DNA of 64,000 nt from assembly GCA_964247055.1 (NCBI GenBank), contig OZ176057.1, forward strand, positions 2,232,001 to 2,296,000. The letters run 5' to 3'. The position numbers and the translations under genes were made by a program. The stretch comes from Paragordius varius (taxonomy: Eukaryota; Animalia; Nematomorpha). Below are positions 14,396-26,526 of the stretch, piece after piece. The number at the start of each line of letters is the position of its first letter. Within the stretch, counting starts at the first letter, position 1. Under the pieces are notes generated by a model that saw only the letters and a list, made by a program, of their open reading frames with translations, was not told where the DNA came from and did not search any database.

Positions 14396-15699
14396 CTAAT
14401 ATGAATTGAATATGCATAAATAAAAATATATATTAATAATCCATGTTTAAATAATATTTGAAATTTTATTTATTAAAAATATAAAAAATATAGCTAATTT
14501 TTCAATTAAAATACACATAATTTATTTAAGGTAAATTTGAATTGTTTGAGGTGAATTCGAATTGTTCAAGGGTCAATACGAATCGTTCAATGAATTCGAA
14601 GTGTAAATGGTATCAATACGGATTTAATAAAAGACTCTTTAAAGAAAACATACTCTGTATTTTATTATTAAATTGCTTGTATATACATAAAATTTTTATC
14701 CAAGGTGCTTTTAATAAAAAAAAGATAAGATTTTTCCTAATTAAATATAAGGCATATATATTTGTGAAAATAAGGTCAAGGGAAAAATTGCTCGACAAGG
14801 AATCCCAAAAAGTTTAAAGAAACAACTTTGAGACATATACCAAAGTTAGCACGTATAATTAAGTTGGATAACATGAATGCGAAATTGGATTGAAAGATAA
14901 AAAAAAGCGCAAAGAGAATATTGAGTAGGTTTTATAAGCACAATTCAGATAACAAATTCGTCCATATCTCTAAATAGGATTCATAATTTGGATAAACTTT
15001 GGGTTTCGATTGTAATAATTAAATATAACCGGCTCTTAACAAACAAAGGATCAGGAATTGTTGATTGTCTACTAGGAATGTTATTTAACTTTAACTAAAA
15101 ATGACAGAACATTACAATAATTGATCAAATAATAAATCCATTTTATGAATTTATATAATGTTATAAGATGAATGAATCCAATTTTAAAAATTACCAAGCT
15201 AGAAGCCAAAACGGAGCAAGGGATCTATATAAACCTGATAGTAGAGAATACGTATGAAACAGATAATGGAGTAACAACTCATTTATGCTTACTAAATATT
15301 GATGATATGACGAAAGAAACTGTGCACTTAGACTAATACCAATTAAGGCAGTTTATAACCAAGATTGGAATATACAAGTGGCAGGATCGCTATTAGAAAA
15401 GAAAAATAGCGTATCTACAATACTTGGTTTGATCTTCAAACAAATTACAAATCTTAGCAGATGAAAAATTATTTAAAAGAGGACAATATACCCAGTGCAA
15501 ACAATAAAATATCGAGAAATTTAGAATTCATATGACGCACACAAAAAGAACCTTTTATGCTAAAGAGTCGACCCCATATCGAAAAATCACAATATTGGCT
15601 CTTATTTATATAATAACGTTTAATTCTAAAAGTTTTATATAAAATAAATAAAAGAACCCGAATTATCTGCATAAGAGCTCCAAAATTTGGAATATTTTC

Positions 15700-16237
15700 A
15701 AAAAACGTCCACTCAAGTATAAGAATTCAAAATAAAACAGTACAAATTTTTTATACACGACACCAGATGTCAAAAAAAGAAAACAAAAAACAATATTTTT
15801 GGTTTCATTTTGATATAGAAGTTATTTTCCAGAATAAAATATGAATTTTAAGATTTTAATAGTAAATGGTAGTAAAGAATTAAAAAAAAACTAATTTAAT
15901 ATAATTTCATTAAATTTTTTTGTCTTTTAAGTGTGATAAAAGAAAAACGCCATCTTTTGAACCTGAAATTTTATAGAAACCCTAACTATATGATTTTAGG
16001 CTATTTATATATTGAAAATATCTCCTAAGATAATAAACGATAATATTTCAGATTTTATCATTATTTTTTGAATTATCCTTAATTATGCATAATTTTCACT
16101 TTTTGCCCGATTTCGATTTTCTCTCAATATTTCAAAAACTAGGTTGTCAACAAATAAAAATTTGCGGCAAATGAATACGCTGGTCTTAAGCTATCTCATG
16201 AAAAAAAATTTCGTTAAAAATATTTTTGCACACAGTA
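15700..16237. mobile_element. One arm of long-TIR element, homologous to ~45850-46332
   Basis: Shared blocks ccctaactatatgattttaggctattt, gcggcaaatgaat.cgctggtc and end tttttgcacacagTA. Confidence 0.65.
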
Positions 16238-16580
16238 TATATACGATTGCACAATCGACGAATTATTATGAATTCCAAAAATGATTAAAACGCTGGAGCC
16301 TCCCAATTACGTTTAATATGTTTAAAAATGCTTTATAATGCGATTATAAATTTTAGCATTGTGTAGAAAATAATAATAAAACATTTTAAAACAGTTGGAA
16401 ATTTTTATGACCCCAGTGAAAATATATAAACTTGAATACCGATTGGTCCCTTTAGGCTTAAGTTTTATTATTTGAAAAATACTTTGGCAAATAACATCTA
16501 ATGAAAGTGATGATAAAATGATGACTTAATATCTTTTAATATTATAAATATTTAAATCAAGTTAACATAGTAATAATTAC

Positions 16581-19500
16581 CAAAATATTTTTCAATAGTT
16601 TCAGCATATGTGGGTTCGTGTTTATGTCCGACAATATAATCCTTGGCACCAATCAGGTAATCTCCAACTTGCTCCAAAATGGCTTTAGTTTCGTCAGTTG
16701 TGGCGTGAGATAACTGTCTGGCAGCTTCCATCAACATGACCGCACTATGATCCAGATATGCTTTCGAGTCATAATAGCTATCACTGATAACTTGACCCAA
16801 TGAATTTCGATGCTTTTTATGTTTTATGAGATCTTTCAAATAATCGCTCGAATCAATTATTGAAGATCGAGATTTTTTCACGATATCCTTGATTTCTGGG
16901 AGCGATGTAGCTTTAGCCAAATCATTAGCATGTCGAATCACAGCATCTCGAGCTTGTTCATAGTAGCCTGGTTGGTGGGGTTTAAGAGAATCGACGAATT
17001 GGAGAAAGTATGATTTCTGCCTTGGATGTATGACTCCAAGAACTGTCTGAGAAAGGCCATCAATGAGATGTTTGGAGTCGTCAACACCCTCTTGTCCAAG
17101 ATGTTTGGCTGCATTTACTATAGTGCTAGCTGTAGATTCGAGATAATCAGCTGATTGATAAAAGTTATCTGTGATCGAATGTGCCAAACTATGTTTATTA
17201 TGAGGATCAAATACCTCTTTAAAATAATCACTTGCATCGATCAAACTTTTTCTGGTATTGTCAAGAATATGTTTCATTTCGTGGTGCGATTTCGCACCTT
17301 GTAATGAATTACCAGCTTTAATAAGGGTAGCGCGTGCATTATCGTAAAATGATTTTCGATGATGCGGATAAATGACGTCAAGAATGTTATCCTTTGTATC
17401 TTCGAGATATCCAGTGGTCTTTTCCCATAAGGTTGGTTCATGCTTGATTAAAGATCGAATAGAATCTGGAAGAGACTTAATGTAATCCACATCAAAATAA
17501 TTATGTTTGGTTTTATGGAGATGAGGAACGAAAGCAGAAAGTCCCAATAGATAATTAACGCTTTGATCTATTATCTGATTAACGTCTTTATCTGCATTCT
17601 TGGTGAAATGTCTGGCTGCATCAAGCAACATTGTTGGAGTGTTTTCCAAATAATCTTTGCTATCATAGTATGCATCTGTGATGCGCTTAGATAGAGTGGG
17701 ATGATGATGGGCATGAGAAATTACTTTTGTTAGATAATCGCTGGAGGAAGTTATGCCTTTTCTGGCTCGATTTAGAATGCTTCTTATATCGCTTTCTTCG
17801 TGGACATTTGATAAATCATGTACAGTTTTTGCTAAAACTTCTTTGGCATTATCGTAATATGTTGGTTTATGAGAATGAAATATACCCTGAACATCATCTT
17901 CAATTGGTTCTAAATAATGTGTTATATATGTAACAAGGGTGGATATATCTTCATTCGTAGCTTTAGGTAGTTTATGGGCAGCATCTAATATGGTTGCCTT
18001 TGTCGCTTCAAGATAAGCCGCAGGATTTTGATGAAATAGCTCAGCTAATTGTTTAGTAACAATAGTATTGGATGATGTTAAGCCGGCTTTTGCCAATGCT
18101 CTCCTCAAAGGCTTAATATAGCGTGAGAAATCGCTGCTACCTTTACCTTTGTACAATTCATTAGCTGTTGACAATATTGCAGCTAGTGCCATGTCACTAT
18201 TTATTCCGTGAGAATTTGATTCTCCCCAAATTGTATTCCAAGCAGATTTTAATATGCTTGGTTTTTCAGTTGCGAAAAACTGCAAGTGATCATTTACCCA
18301 TTCCTTACTTTGGGAAAGAGTTGGTATATTAGATTTCTCATGATATCCTATTATATTGGAAAAATAGCCATGTTGTTTATGATGTATATGTGGCAGATAT
18401 TGTTTGACGCCAACAATATATTTACCCACTGTGTCCAATATATTACGCATATCATCATGACTTGCTTTAGCTAGAGCTTTGTTAGCCTCGTTCAACATCT
18501 CCCATGTGGACTCTAAATATTCCTGGCTATTATAATATGATTTAGAAATACTTTTTGACGCATCTTTTAACAAATCGCTGTGAGACACAATCACATCCCG
18601 AGCTTGTTTATATGCGTCCCGTACATCATCAGATGTAGGACTCTTGTCCTTTAGTGTATGAGCCATGTTGGAAACTAAGCGTGCAACTTGATCACTGTAA
18701 CTATCTTTGTGAGGCCAAAGAGATTCATGAGCCAGGTGACCAATATGTTCAAAAAAACTTTCTTTGTGCATGCCAGGAATGTATTTTATTAGGCCTGACG
18801 CATAATCAAAAACTTGATTGACTAAATTTTGAATGTCGCTAGAGCCCGCGTCTGATAATCGTTTACCCGCTTCAACTAGCATAGAAGCTGTATTTTCGAC
18901 ATAATCTTTAGTATCAAAATAGGCATGTTCACTTTTTTCAAGTAAAGCTTTTTGGATATTTTTAAGCTTTTTGATTGTCTCTTGATCCGCATTATGTTTG
19001 CTATTGTGATGGAGAATTTCGTCAATATTGGTAACTAATGATTTCCGATATAAATTAATTATTTTATTTAAATCTGACCCAGATTTGGCATTAGTTATTT
19101 CATGAGCAACTTGCTTTATCTGATCGGTAAGAGAATGGGGAATGGTGATTGAGGCTTGATGCTTAACATTAGATATTATGTCATCAAACATCCCTGAGCC
19201 CCCTTTGAGATTAAATTGTGGTAAATGACTTTGGTGATAAGGTATAAGGCCGGTCAAATAATGGGCTAAACTATTTACTAATGCCGAGACTTGATCATGT
19301 TTCAAACTACTTCCTTTTTTACCATATCCTAGTTTGTGACTAGCTTCAATTATGGCATTTGCTGTTGTGTGTAGGTATTCAGGCGATAACAAATATTCAT
19401 CATGTTTTCCATGTAAACTTTTTGCCTTGTGTAATAAAGCCTTAAGAGTTGGTTCATGGCTAAAAGTGTCCCTGAGTCGTTTAATAGTATTTTGTAGCTT

Positions 19501-19832
19501 TTCTTTATCAGCATGTGATAGAGCTGATATATCTTTTGAAGCTAATTTATGACTAAAATCTTTTAGATCATGTGATGCCGTTTCAATCAGGTGTATGAGA
19601 GAAGGGGTAGCATGAATAAATGATTCATCGGAGATGCTATGTCTTTTTTGAGTTACGTCATGATGAATATCTTCGTATCCATCTATGGTACGCGTCAATG
19701 TTGATAAAGATGGAAATCTACGTATACCCATTATGTATTCAAACGCTAGAGCTATTAAGGGGACGACATGCGTTGGATGGTGAGATAAATCTGAAATTTG
19801 TTTGCCCACAGAATGTGTTAACTCTGTCACAC
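16581..19832 (-). CDS. Exon 11 (3252 nt, phase 1-1): 3 diverged repeat units plus module A
   Basis: 1107-aa ORF; acceptor tctAG at 19834-19833, donor GTAATT at 16580. Confidence 0.9.
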
Positions 19833-20115
19833 CTAGATTGGCAAAGACAAAATAAATATTAATTATATGATACAATAGAATTCTACTCTTATAATCCTAA
19901 TAAAATGCTTATTTTAGCTAATGAGTATCCGTTTCAATTTTCAACAGTCTTTATAAATATATTCGTACAAGGCTGAATGCATCTATAGTTATTAGCCCAA
20001 TTAAAATTTAAATTATAAAATATTTACTACTCAATCAAAATTTTATTTTATTTGTTTAAGATCAGATTATGAGAGTAAATAGGTAGGGAATATGCCAGTT
20101 AAAATTTAACACTAC

Positions 20116-20675
20116 CTCTCAAATATTCCGGACTTTGGAAGTAATGCTTGAGTCCATCATAATCGGCCCCATGTTTAAAATGTTCCAAGTAATAATCTTT
20201 GTAATCGTGCTTTCCGTGTTTGGGAGCAACAAATAAATGTGCCAAAGTATCGCGCAATTTTGATAACTCCTGATTTTTTAACTGAACATCTTTGTGATCC
20301 ATATGAGCATGTCCATTTTGATCCTTATATAATAGAGACAATGCCTTTTCCATTTCTTGCGGTGTTTTATAGTGTTCAGCTGTGTTGGCTAAATATGTTT
20401 TAAAGTCTTGCAATGTTTTAACATGCATTTTATCTGGAGGTGGATGAAGGTTTTCCTGACTACCTGATTTTAGTCCAAAAAATGATAAAATCACATCGTA
20501 TAGTGGGATGCCCTTAGATTTCGTATGTTGTGTCAAATCATTATACTGATAAGCAGTTGGAAGTTTACACGCCCTTTGTTGATTTGTATCCATATATGTT
20601 GAATACAATTGGGATATCAAATTATTTTTAAAATCTTCTGGTCCATTACTTTGTGCGATTGCGGGTATGGCATGC
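20116..20675 (-). CDS. Exon 10, His/Lys-rich linker between lactamase domain and repeats
   Basis: 195-aa ORF; acceptor ttttttAG (phase 2) and donor GTAGTG (phase 1) match both neighbouring exons. Confidence 0.8.
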
Positions 20676-20747
20676 CTAAAAAACAAAATAAATTTTTAAT
20701 TTTTGTCATTTTTTTCATTTTCTTAAAAAAAATTGGATGTCTATTAC

Positions 20748-20929
20748 CCCTGGCCACATGGTGTTTGATTTAGGGCTTTATAGAGTGCTTGAACAACATT
20801 CACGCCACGTCTATCATTAAGTTGATCATTGGCTATTGTGTTGGTGAGATAGGCATAGGATAGGCCAGTATCGCTATCAGCAAACGCTAATTGTAAACCA
20901 TGCCCAGGAAAACCAAAACTAAGTTTGCC
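20748..20929 (-). CDS. Exon 9, beta-lactamase-like C-terminus
   Basis: GKLSFGFPGHGLQLAFADSDTGLSYAYLTN resembles the family FGHxG...AFADP..GLsFAYvmN motif; phase 0 acceptor, phase 2 donor GTAATA at 20747. Confidence 0.88.
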
Positions 20930-21481
20930 CTAAAAAATAGAGTTTTTAAATCAATATAAATTTACAGAGTTAAAAGTATAGAGAAGAGATATGAAAAATA
21001 AAAGAAAACCATTATTATCCTTGATTTTTACGAAACTACTTATATGTTTACAACTGTCAGATACAAAGGAATAAACATGATATTGGTAAAACATTCATTT
21101 AATATTTCACAAGGTTGTGGAAAAATTTTTAGTTTAAATAAAAAATAAACATTATTTTGTATGTTGTCTTTATAATTTATATTTTACTGTAGTTATGCAA
21201 TTAATAGTTACGGTGGACTTTCCGTCCCCTAACAATGATTCCTTTTGTGAAAACATATACATATCACATTTTACGCATCCTGACCATCTTTTAATCAAAA
21301 ATTTTTGGTCAAAGAATACAAAAATTACTAATATTTTATAGATCTTACAAAAAATATTTAATCAGTATATAGGCACTGTTTATAGGAAAAGGCTAATTAT
21401 CGGAAAAAGAAAGGGTTACTATGGAGGGCTCGCTGTATAAATAACTTTTACATAAAAAATTGAACATAAAAAAAGACTCAC

Positions 21482-21603
21482 ATAAGGATTTGGTATTAAA
21501 ATGAATCCAGTTGCCATACCGAAATTGTACATGTCCCCAAAAATGGCATCAATTTCACAAGGGGATGAAGTTTCTTTAACCATGTATTCAAGCAGTTCTG
21601 GTT
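21482..21603 (-). CDS. Exon 8, beta-lactamase-like
   Basis: (K)PELLEYMVKETSSPCEIDAIFGDMYNFGMATGFILIPNPY; AG acceptor and GTGAGT donor, phases 1/0 consistent with neighbours. Confidence 0.82.
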
Positions 21604-22370
21604 CTATACAATGTCATATAATTAAATTATAGAATTATTTTTTACATAAAAACACCTATATAATTAAATGATTAAAACGAAATGCGTATTTAAATAAGGA
21701 ATGAACAATTTCTCTCAAAAATTCCGTTTAATAAATAAAATGTATTAAATCTTTATTATTAATACATATACTCTGATTATAAAGTCACTGAAAATTTTAA
21801 GATAGATGTTTTTATAGAAGATTAGAATTTGCAACTAAATATTAGTATAAATTTTGTGGTTATTAATGAAAAGACTATATAAAGTTAATTTATAGAACTT
21901 ACCTTAATAACATGTAGTTTTTGATGAATGTCACTTGGAACAAACAATCGAATGTTTTATAAATATGTCTTAGTATAAAATGGTTGAAATTGCTTATTAT
22001 AAATATTTTCAATCTTAAAACTTATTTCCTTTCGTAGAAAAAGTAGTTTAATATAAAAACTATAATCCTGTTTTGTAAACTCTGTACACCGCGTAATGAC
22101 ATTAAAAAACAATAAAAGTAAGTTTGACGAAAGCATTTCATTTAAGTGATGATCCTTAAATAAACGCAATTAGAATAACTTACCATATACTTTTGAAATT
22201 CAAAGGCTTGGCTACTCTCTGCAAAAGATTCGGTAAATATAGCCTAATTTTTGGAATTGTTAATAAATTTTCAACTATAAGTGACATGAATTTATTTTAG
22301 AATGGGGGTTTAAACAAAAAAACGCCTTTAACAAATATCAAAAAAGTAATAAAATTAAATTATATCTAAC

Positions 22371-22515
22371 TTATCAGAGTTTTATCGCCTTGGGGTGATG
22401 CCGCATTAGCTAAAATACCATACAATTTAGCTAAACTCCTGGCATCTCCGATCCCAATAACGCTAGGAAATTGTAGGGCACGAATTTCGGGTTTATTTAG
22501 AGCCATACTGTGGGA
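22371..22515 (-). CDS. Exon 7, beta-lactamase-like
   Basis: SHSMALNKPEIRALQFPSVIGIGDARSLAKLYGILAN resembles family N.PEvr.aeiPa.nGig.ARslAklYg.Lan; phases 0/1. Confidence 0.88.
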
Positions 22516-23684
22516 CTAATGTAATGGATAAAATATATATATATATATATTTGCACAATTTGCAAAAAGAATGGTAAAAAAAGACTTAAAATCTGGAAAT
22601 CTATCGATAAGTTATATATGTTTTTGATTAAAAATAACAAAAAATTATTATATTTATTTGAAAATATTATAATTATTGTTATATACGGGTAGAAATTCCC
22701 AAAATTGCAAAAATCTTACTTAGTTTATAAGGAGTTTTTATAATGTAATTTGTCGATTTTTTGTAATCAAAACCATATTTTCAGATTATTACTTTCCCTA
22801 TATAATTTATACAATGGGGTTAGTAGACCCAAACTCAATAATTAACAATACTCTAAACTTGGTTAGAAGTAAAATAATAAACGAAAACAGATTAAGTTAT
22901 ATAGCATATATGCATCTTACAGCAAATAACATTAATTTTAAAAAAATTAGTTTAAATACTACTAATATTAGGGCAAAATTTTTCGAATTCTACATATCAT
23001 TAAATAATGGGCCCCTTAAACGATACTTATAATTCAAATTTATGCATTTTATCAACCAATAAAACATTAAATGCCAAAAATTCAAATATATAATAAAATA
23101 TTAAATTCTTCATAAAACATATTTCCTGCTATTTTTCGTTATTTTAATTATGAAATCGGTATTTGACATATGCGATATTTTACAGTCCACAATATTGTTA
23201 AACAAATAATAGAGAAAAACTATGCAGAAAAAGTAAAAAGGTAAATAAAAAACAATTATAATATAATTTTTCTAATAAAAATGTTTTATCCGATACTTTT
23301 TACTTAGTCGTTTTAAAATCATTTTAGTTGTATCAGAGTTCAATATATAAGATATCACAATATTTCTAAGTCTTATATACTCCATGAAATCAAAACGTAT
23401 TAGGTTATAAAAAAGGTATAGAACAAATAGAAGGATGAAATATATTTTGATACATTGAAAAAACGGCTAATTTTAAAAGTGGAAATCAAATTATTCACGT
23501 TATATATATATTATTTAAAATACATTCTTTAGAGTACTTTCTGCCCAAGATTTAAATAAAAAAAAATCTTATATAAATATTAATCAAAAAACAATTATAA
23601 AATAATTTATTATAGAAAATTGAAAAATGAAACTAAAAGTGTGATTATTGTTTTATGAAAAAAAATTGACTATTTTGGACTTAC

Positions 23685-23863
23685 TTTGACTATGAAATCG
23701 GGGTTAGACATAGCCCGTTTAGTTGCATCGTTATGATAAACCATAAGTCCAAACTTAAGTTTTTGCCATAGGCCAGGTAAAGTTTTAAACATTCTTTCAT
23801 TCCGTAACGTTGCGACGCGACTGTTAAGATCCCGGGAACGAAGTCCAAAATAATAATCTAAAT
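23685..23863 (-). CDS. Exon 6, beta-lactamase-like
   Basis: DLDYYFGLRSRDLNSRVATL...AMSNPDFIVK; donor GTAAGT; phases 1/0. Confidence 0.85.
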
Positions 23864-24480
23864 CTATATTTGATTTGAGATAAATAGTGATAAAATAAGA
23901 GTTAAAAATAATCCTTTTATAAGGAAAATTATATAACTTTATTATTTCTATTTATTAAACCTATTTTGGGTTATAAAATTTATTAAAATTAATTTTTATT
24001 TCAAAAATTATATGATGTATTCAATATGAAACATGATTTAAAAATATAATTTTTTTCTAAAGTAAAAAATAAGTAATAAATTTTTTTGGAAAAACGTAAA
24101 TTTTAACTTTTTTTATATCGATACACCCCTATCGTTTTAAGTTGTAAAATGATAAACTCATTTTATATTATCTAAATTTTAATCAAATGAATTAATATCA
24201 CATATTGCTTAAGTATCTCTTTAATTTATTATAGAACACAAATGTAAAAATATTATCAATATTTAGCTTTTTTTAATGTTTCGAAAGAGTTTAAAAAAAT
24301 ACCAATTAATAATAAATCTTTTAGAGCTTTCATTAATTGATATTGAAAAATATAATAAATTATAACTGTAAAATCAAAAAATTTATATAAAAAAGTAGAA
24401 AATAAAAAACCTTAATTCGAAAAATAAATACATATTAATTTATATCACTTAACAAAGAATTGAAATTAAAAAATTATTAC

Positions 24481-24590
24481 CATATTTTTTGGCAATTTCA
24501 TCCTCGAAATATTTTGCAAGGGAACGATGTTTTGAATCGATTCTACGGATTAGTTGATCGACATATAAACCATAGGTGAAAACATGATAT
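24481..24590 (-). CDS. Exon 5, beta-lactamase-like (catalytic Tyr motif)
   Basis: GYHVFTYGLYVDQLIRRIDSKHRSLAKYFEDEIAKKY; phases 2/1. Confidence 0.9.
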
Positions 24591-25068
24591 CTAAATAATA
24601 ATTATAAATATTGATTTATTTTAAATACTAATTTCGCATTGATTATCCTACTATTTATTTAATAAATAAAACCAATTTTTCATAATTACAGGATATTTTT
24701 AAAATGTTGTTTAGGTCCATTTGAAATGAACAACATTTGATATATAATGATATTTTTTTAAAATGTTGTTTAGATATGTTCTTGATTCAAAATTTTATCG
24801 CTTTTATAAAAGAAATATTAAATATATTTAGAGTGGGTCAACGAAAGTGTTAATTTTAAAACTTTAAAATTTTATTTCTCTTAAAAATATATAATTATGA
24901 ATAGATATAAAAGAAAGTATTTCTCATATATGAACAATAATATAATATGTGAAAAAAAATAATTTCAATACAAAAAACAATACTTTTAATGATGCATAGT
25001 CATAATTAGATAATAAATAGGAGCTAATTTAAAAAATTCCAATATATTATATAATAAAAATATTAAAC

Positions 25069-25229
25069 CCTCTTCTTTGACCCGCTCCCCAGGCCGGTTT
25101 TTGAGCTGCCAATATTCGACTTAATTGATTATCGAGCGTTTTAACGTTATTTTTATCGGACCACAAACTATTTTCTTGTAACATTTTAACTGTTATACGG
25201 TTTGATTTATCAATGTATGGTATACCTGC
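25069..25229 (-). CDS. Exon 4, beta-lactamase-like
   Basis: AGIPYID...ILAAQKPAWGAGQRRG, completing LLTHR-AG; phases 0/2. Confidence 0.88.
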
Positions 25230-25230
25230 C

Positions 25231-25265
<35 letters not shown>

Positions 25266-25328
25266 CCAAACTAAAAATAATTTTTATTTAAACAAAAAAA
25301 CAATTTTTAAAGAAACTTTATCATTTTA

Positions 25329-25625
25329 TATACCATTTATAGTTCGAATTCACCCTCGAACAATTCAAATTCACCCTATTATTAGTTAAGATTAAAAATT
25401 ACATATGTTTTTTTATATTTTAAAAAATATGAAATTACGTTTAAAATTAATATACTACTGAAATAATAAACTATGCCATAAGAATATATTTCTTATTATT
25501 GATGAGTTATATTAGTTCTTCGAAAAGAAATAATATACTTTTAGGGTGAAATTGTTCTAGGGTGAATTTAAAATCGAGGGAAATTTAGAATCGTTCAAAG
25601 GTAAATTTGAATTGTAAATGGTATA
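25329..25625. mobile_element. MITE, TACCATTT family (aattcaccctcgaacaattc repeats)
   Basis: TIRs tataccattta / taaatggtata with 19-20-bp tandem subrepeats. Confidence 0.82.
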
Positions 25626-25901
25626 CATTGTTTTAAGTTGCAATTTATGAAATGTAGCTGTAAATAAGTACCCTAAAATATACATTTAACAATCATGTAT
25701 TTAAATAAATATACGCTTTATCTTTATAATTTTAATATTTTTTAGTTAATATAGAATTAATATTAAAATAAAATCATATCTTAAAAAATTATGATTTTCT
25801 GATACGGGCCATCTAATTAATGGTAAATATAATCATTTGGGCTAAAACAATAAGTTTTTTACTTAAAATAATCTAATTATTAATTTAAATTTTATTATAT
25901 C

Positions 25902-26151
25902 ATACCATTTACAATTAAAATTCACCCTTGAACAATTCAAATTTACCTTTGAGCAGTTCAAATTCACCCTGAAATAAATTATGTGTTTTTTAAAAATAAA
26001 ATAATACTGAAAAAATAATAAATTATTCCATAAAGATCTATTTCATAATAAAAAATTATATTAGTTTTGAAAACATAAAATAGTTTTTTTAGGGTAAAAG
26101 TGAATTGTTCAGGGGAAAATTTGAATTTGAATGTAAACTGTAAATGGTATA
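25902..26151. mobile_element. MITE, same family
   Basis: ataccatttaca ... tgtaaatggtata. Confidence 0.8.
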
Positions 26152-26192
26152 CAACTATATATTTATGCATATAAGATATCTCAATAATAAAA

Positions 26193-26526
26193 TACCATTT
26201 ACAGTTCAAATTCACCCTTGAACAAATCAAATTCACCCTCGAACAATTAAAATTCACCCTAATAATAAATTATGTGTTTTCGAACTAATATAACTCATTA
26301 TTAATATAAAATATATCTTTATGGCATAATTAATTATTTTTTTCAGTGTTATTTTAATTTAAAACAAAATTTTATTTTTTAAAAATATATTAAAATATAG
26401 GTAATTTTTAATCTTAAAAAACATGTTATTTATTTAAGTGTGAATTTGAATCGTTTAAGGGTGAATTTGAATTGTTTAAGGGTAAATTTGAATTGTTTAA
26501 GGGTGAATTTAAACTGTAAATGGTAT
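26193..26526. mobile_element. MITE, same family, flanked by 26-bp direct repeat
   Basis: taccatttacagttcaaattcaccc ... gggtgaatttaaactgtaaatggtat. Confidence 0.82.

Noticed and set aside
14850-15470. Possible second LINE RT remnant in intron
   Set aside because: Only faint motif resemblance (QG, DD, LGLIF); too decayed to call.
6863-17633. Near-identical exon copies as an assembly or haplotype artefact
   Set aside because: Each copy has private substitutions, one has a 3-bp indel, and the flanking introns are entirely different; long reads would settle it.
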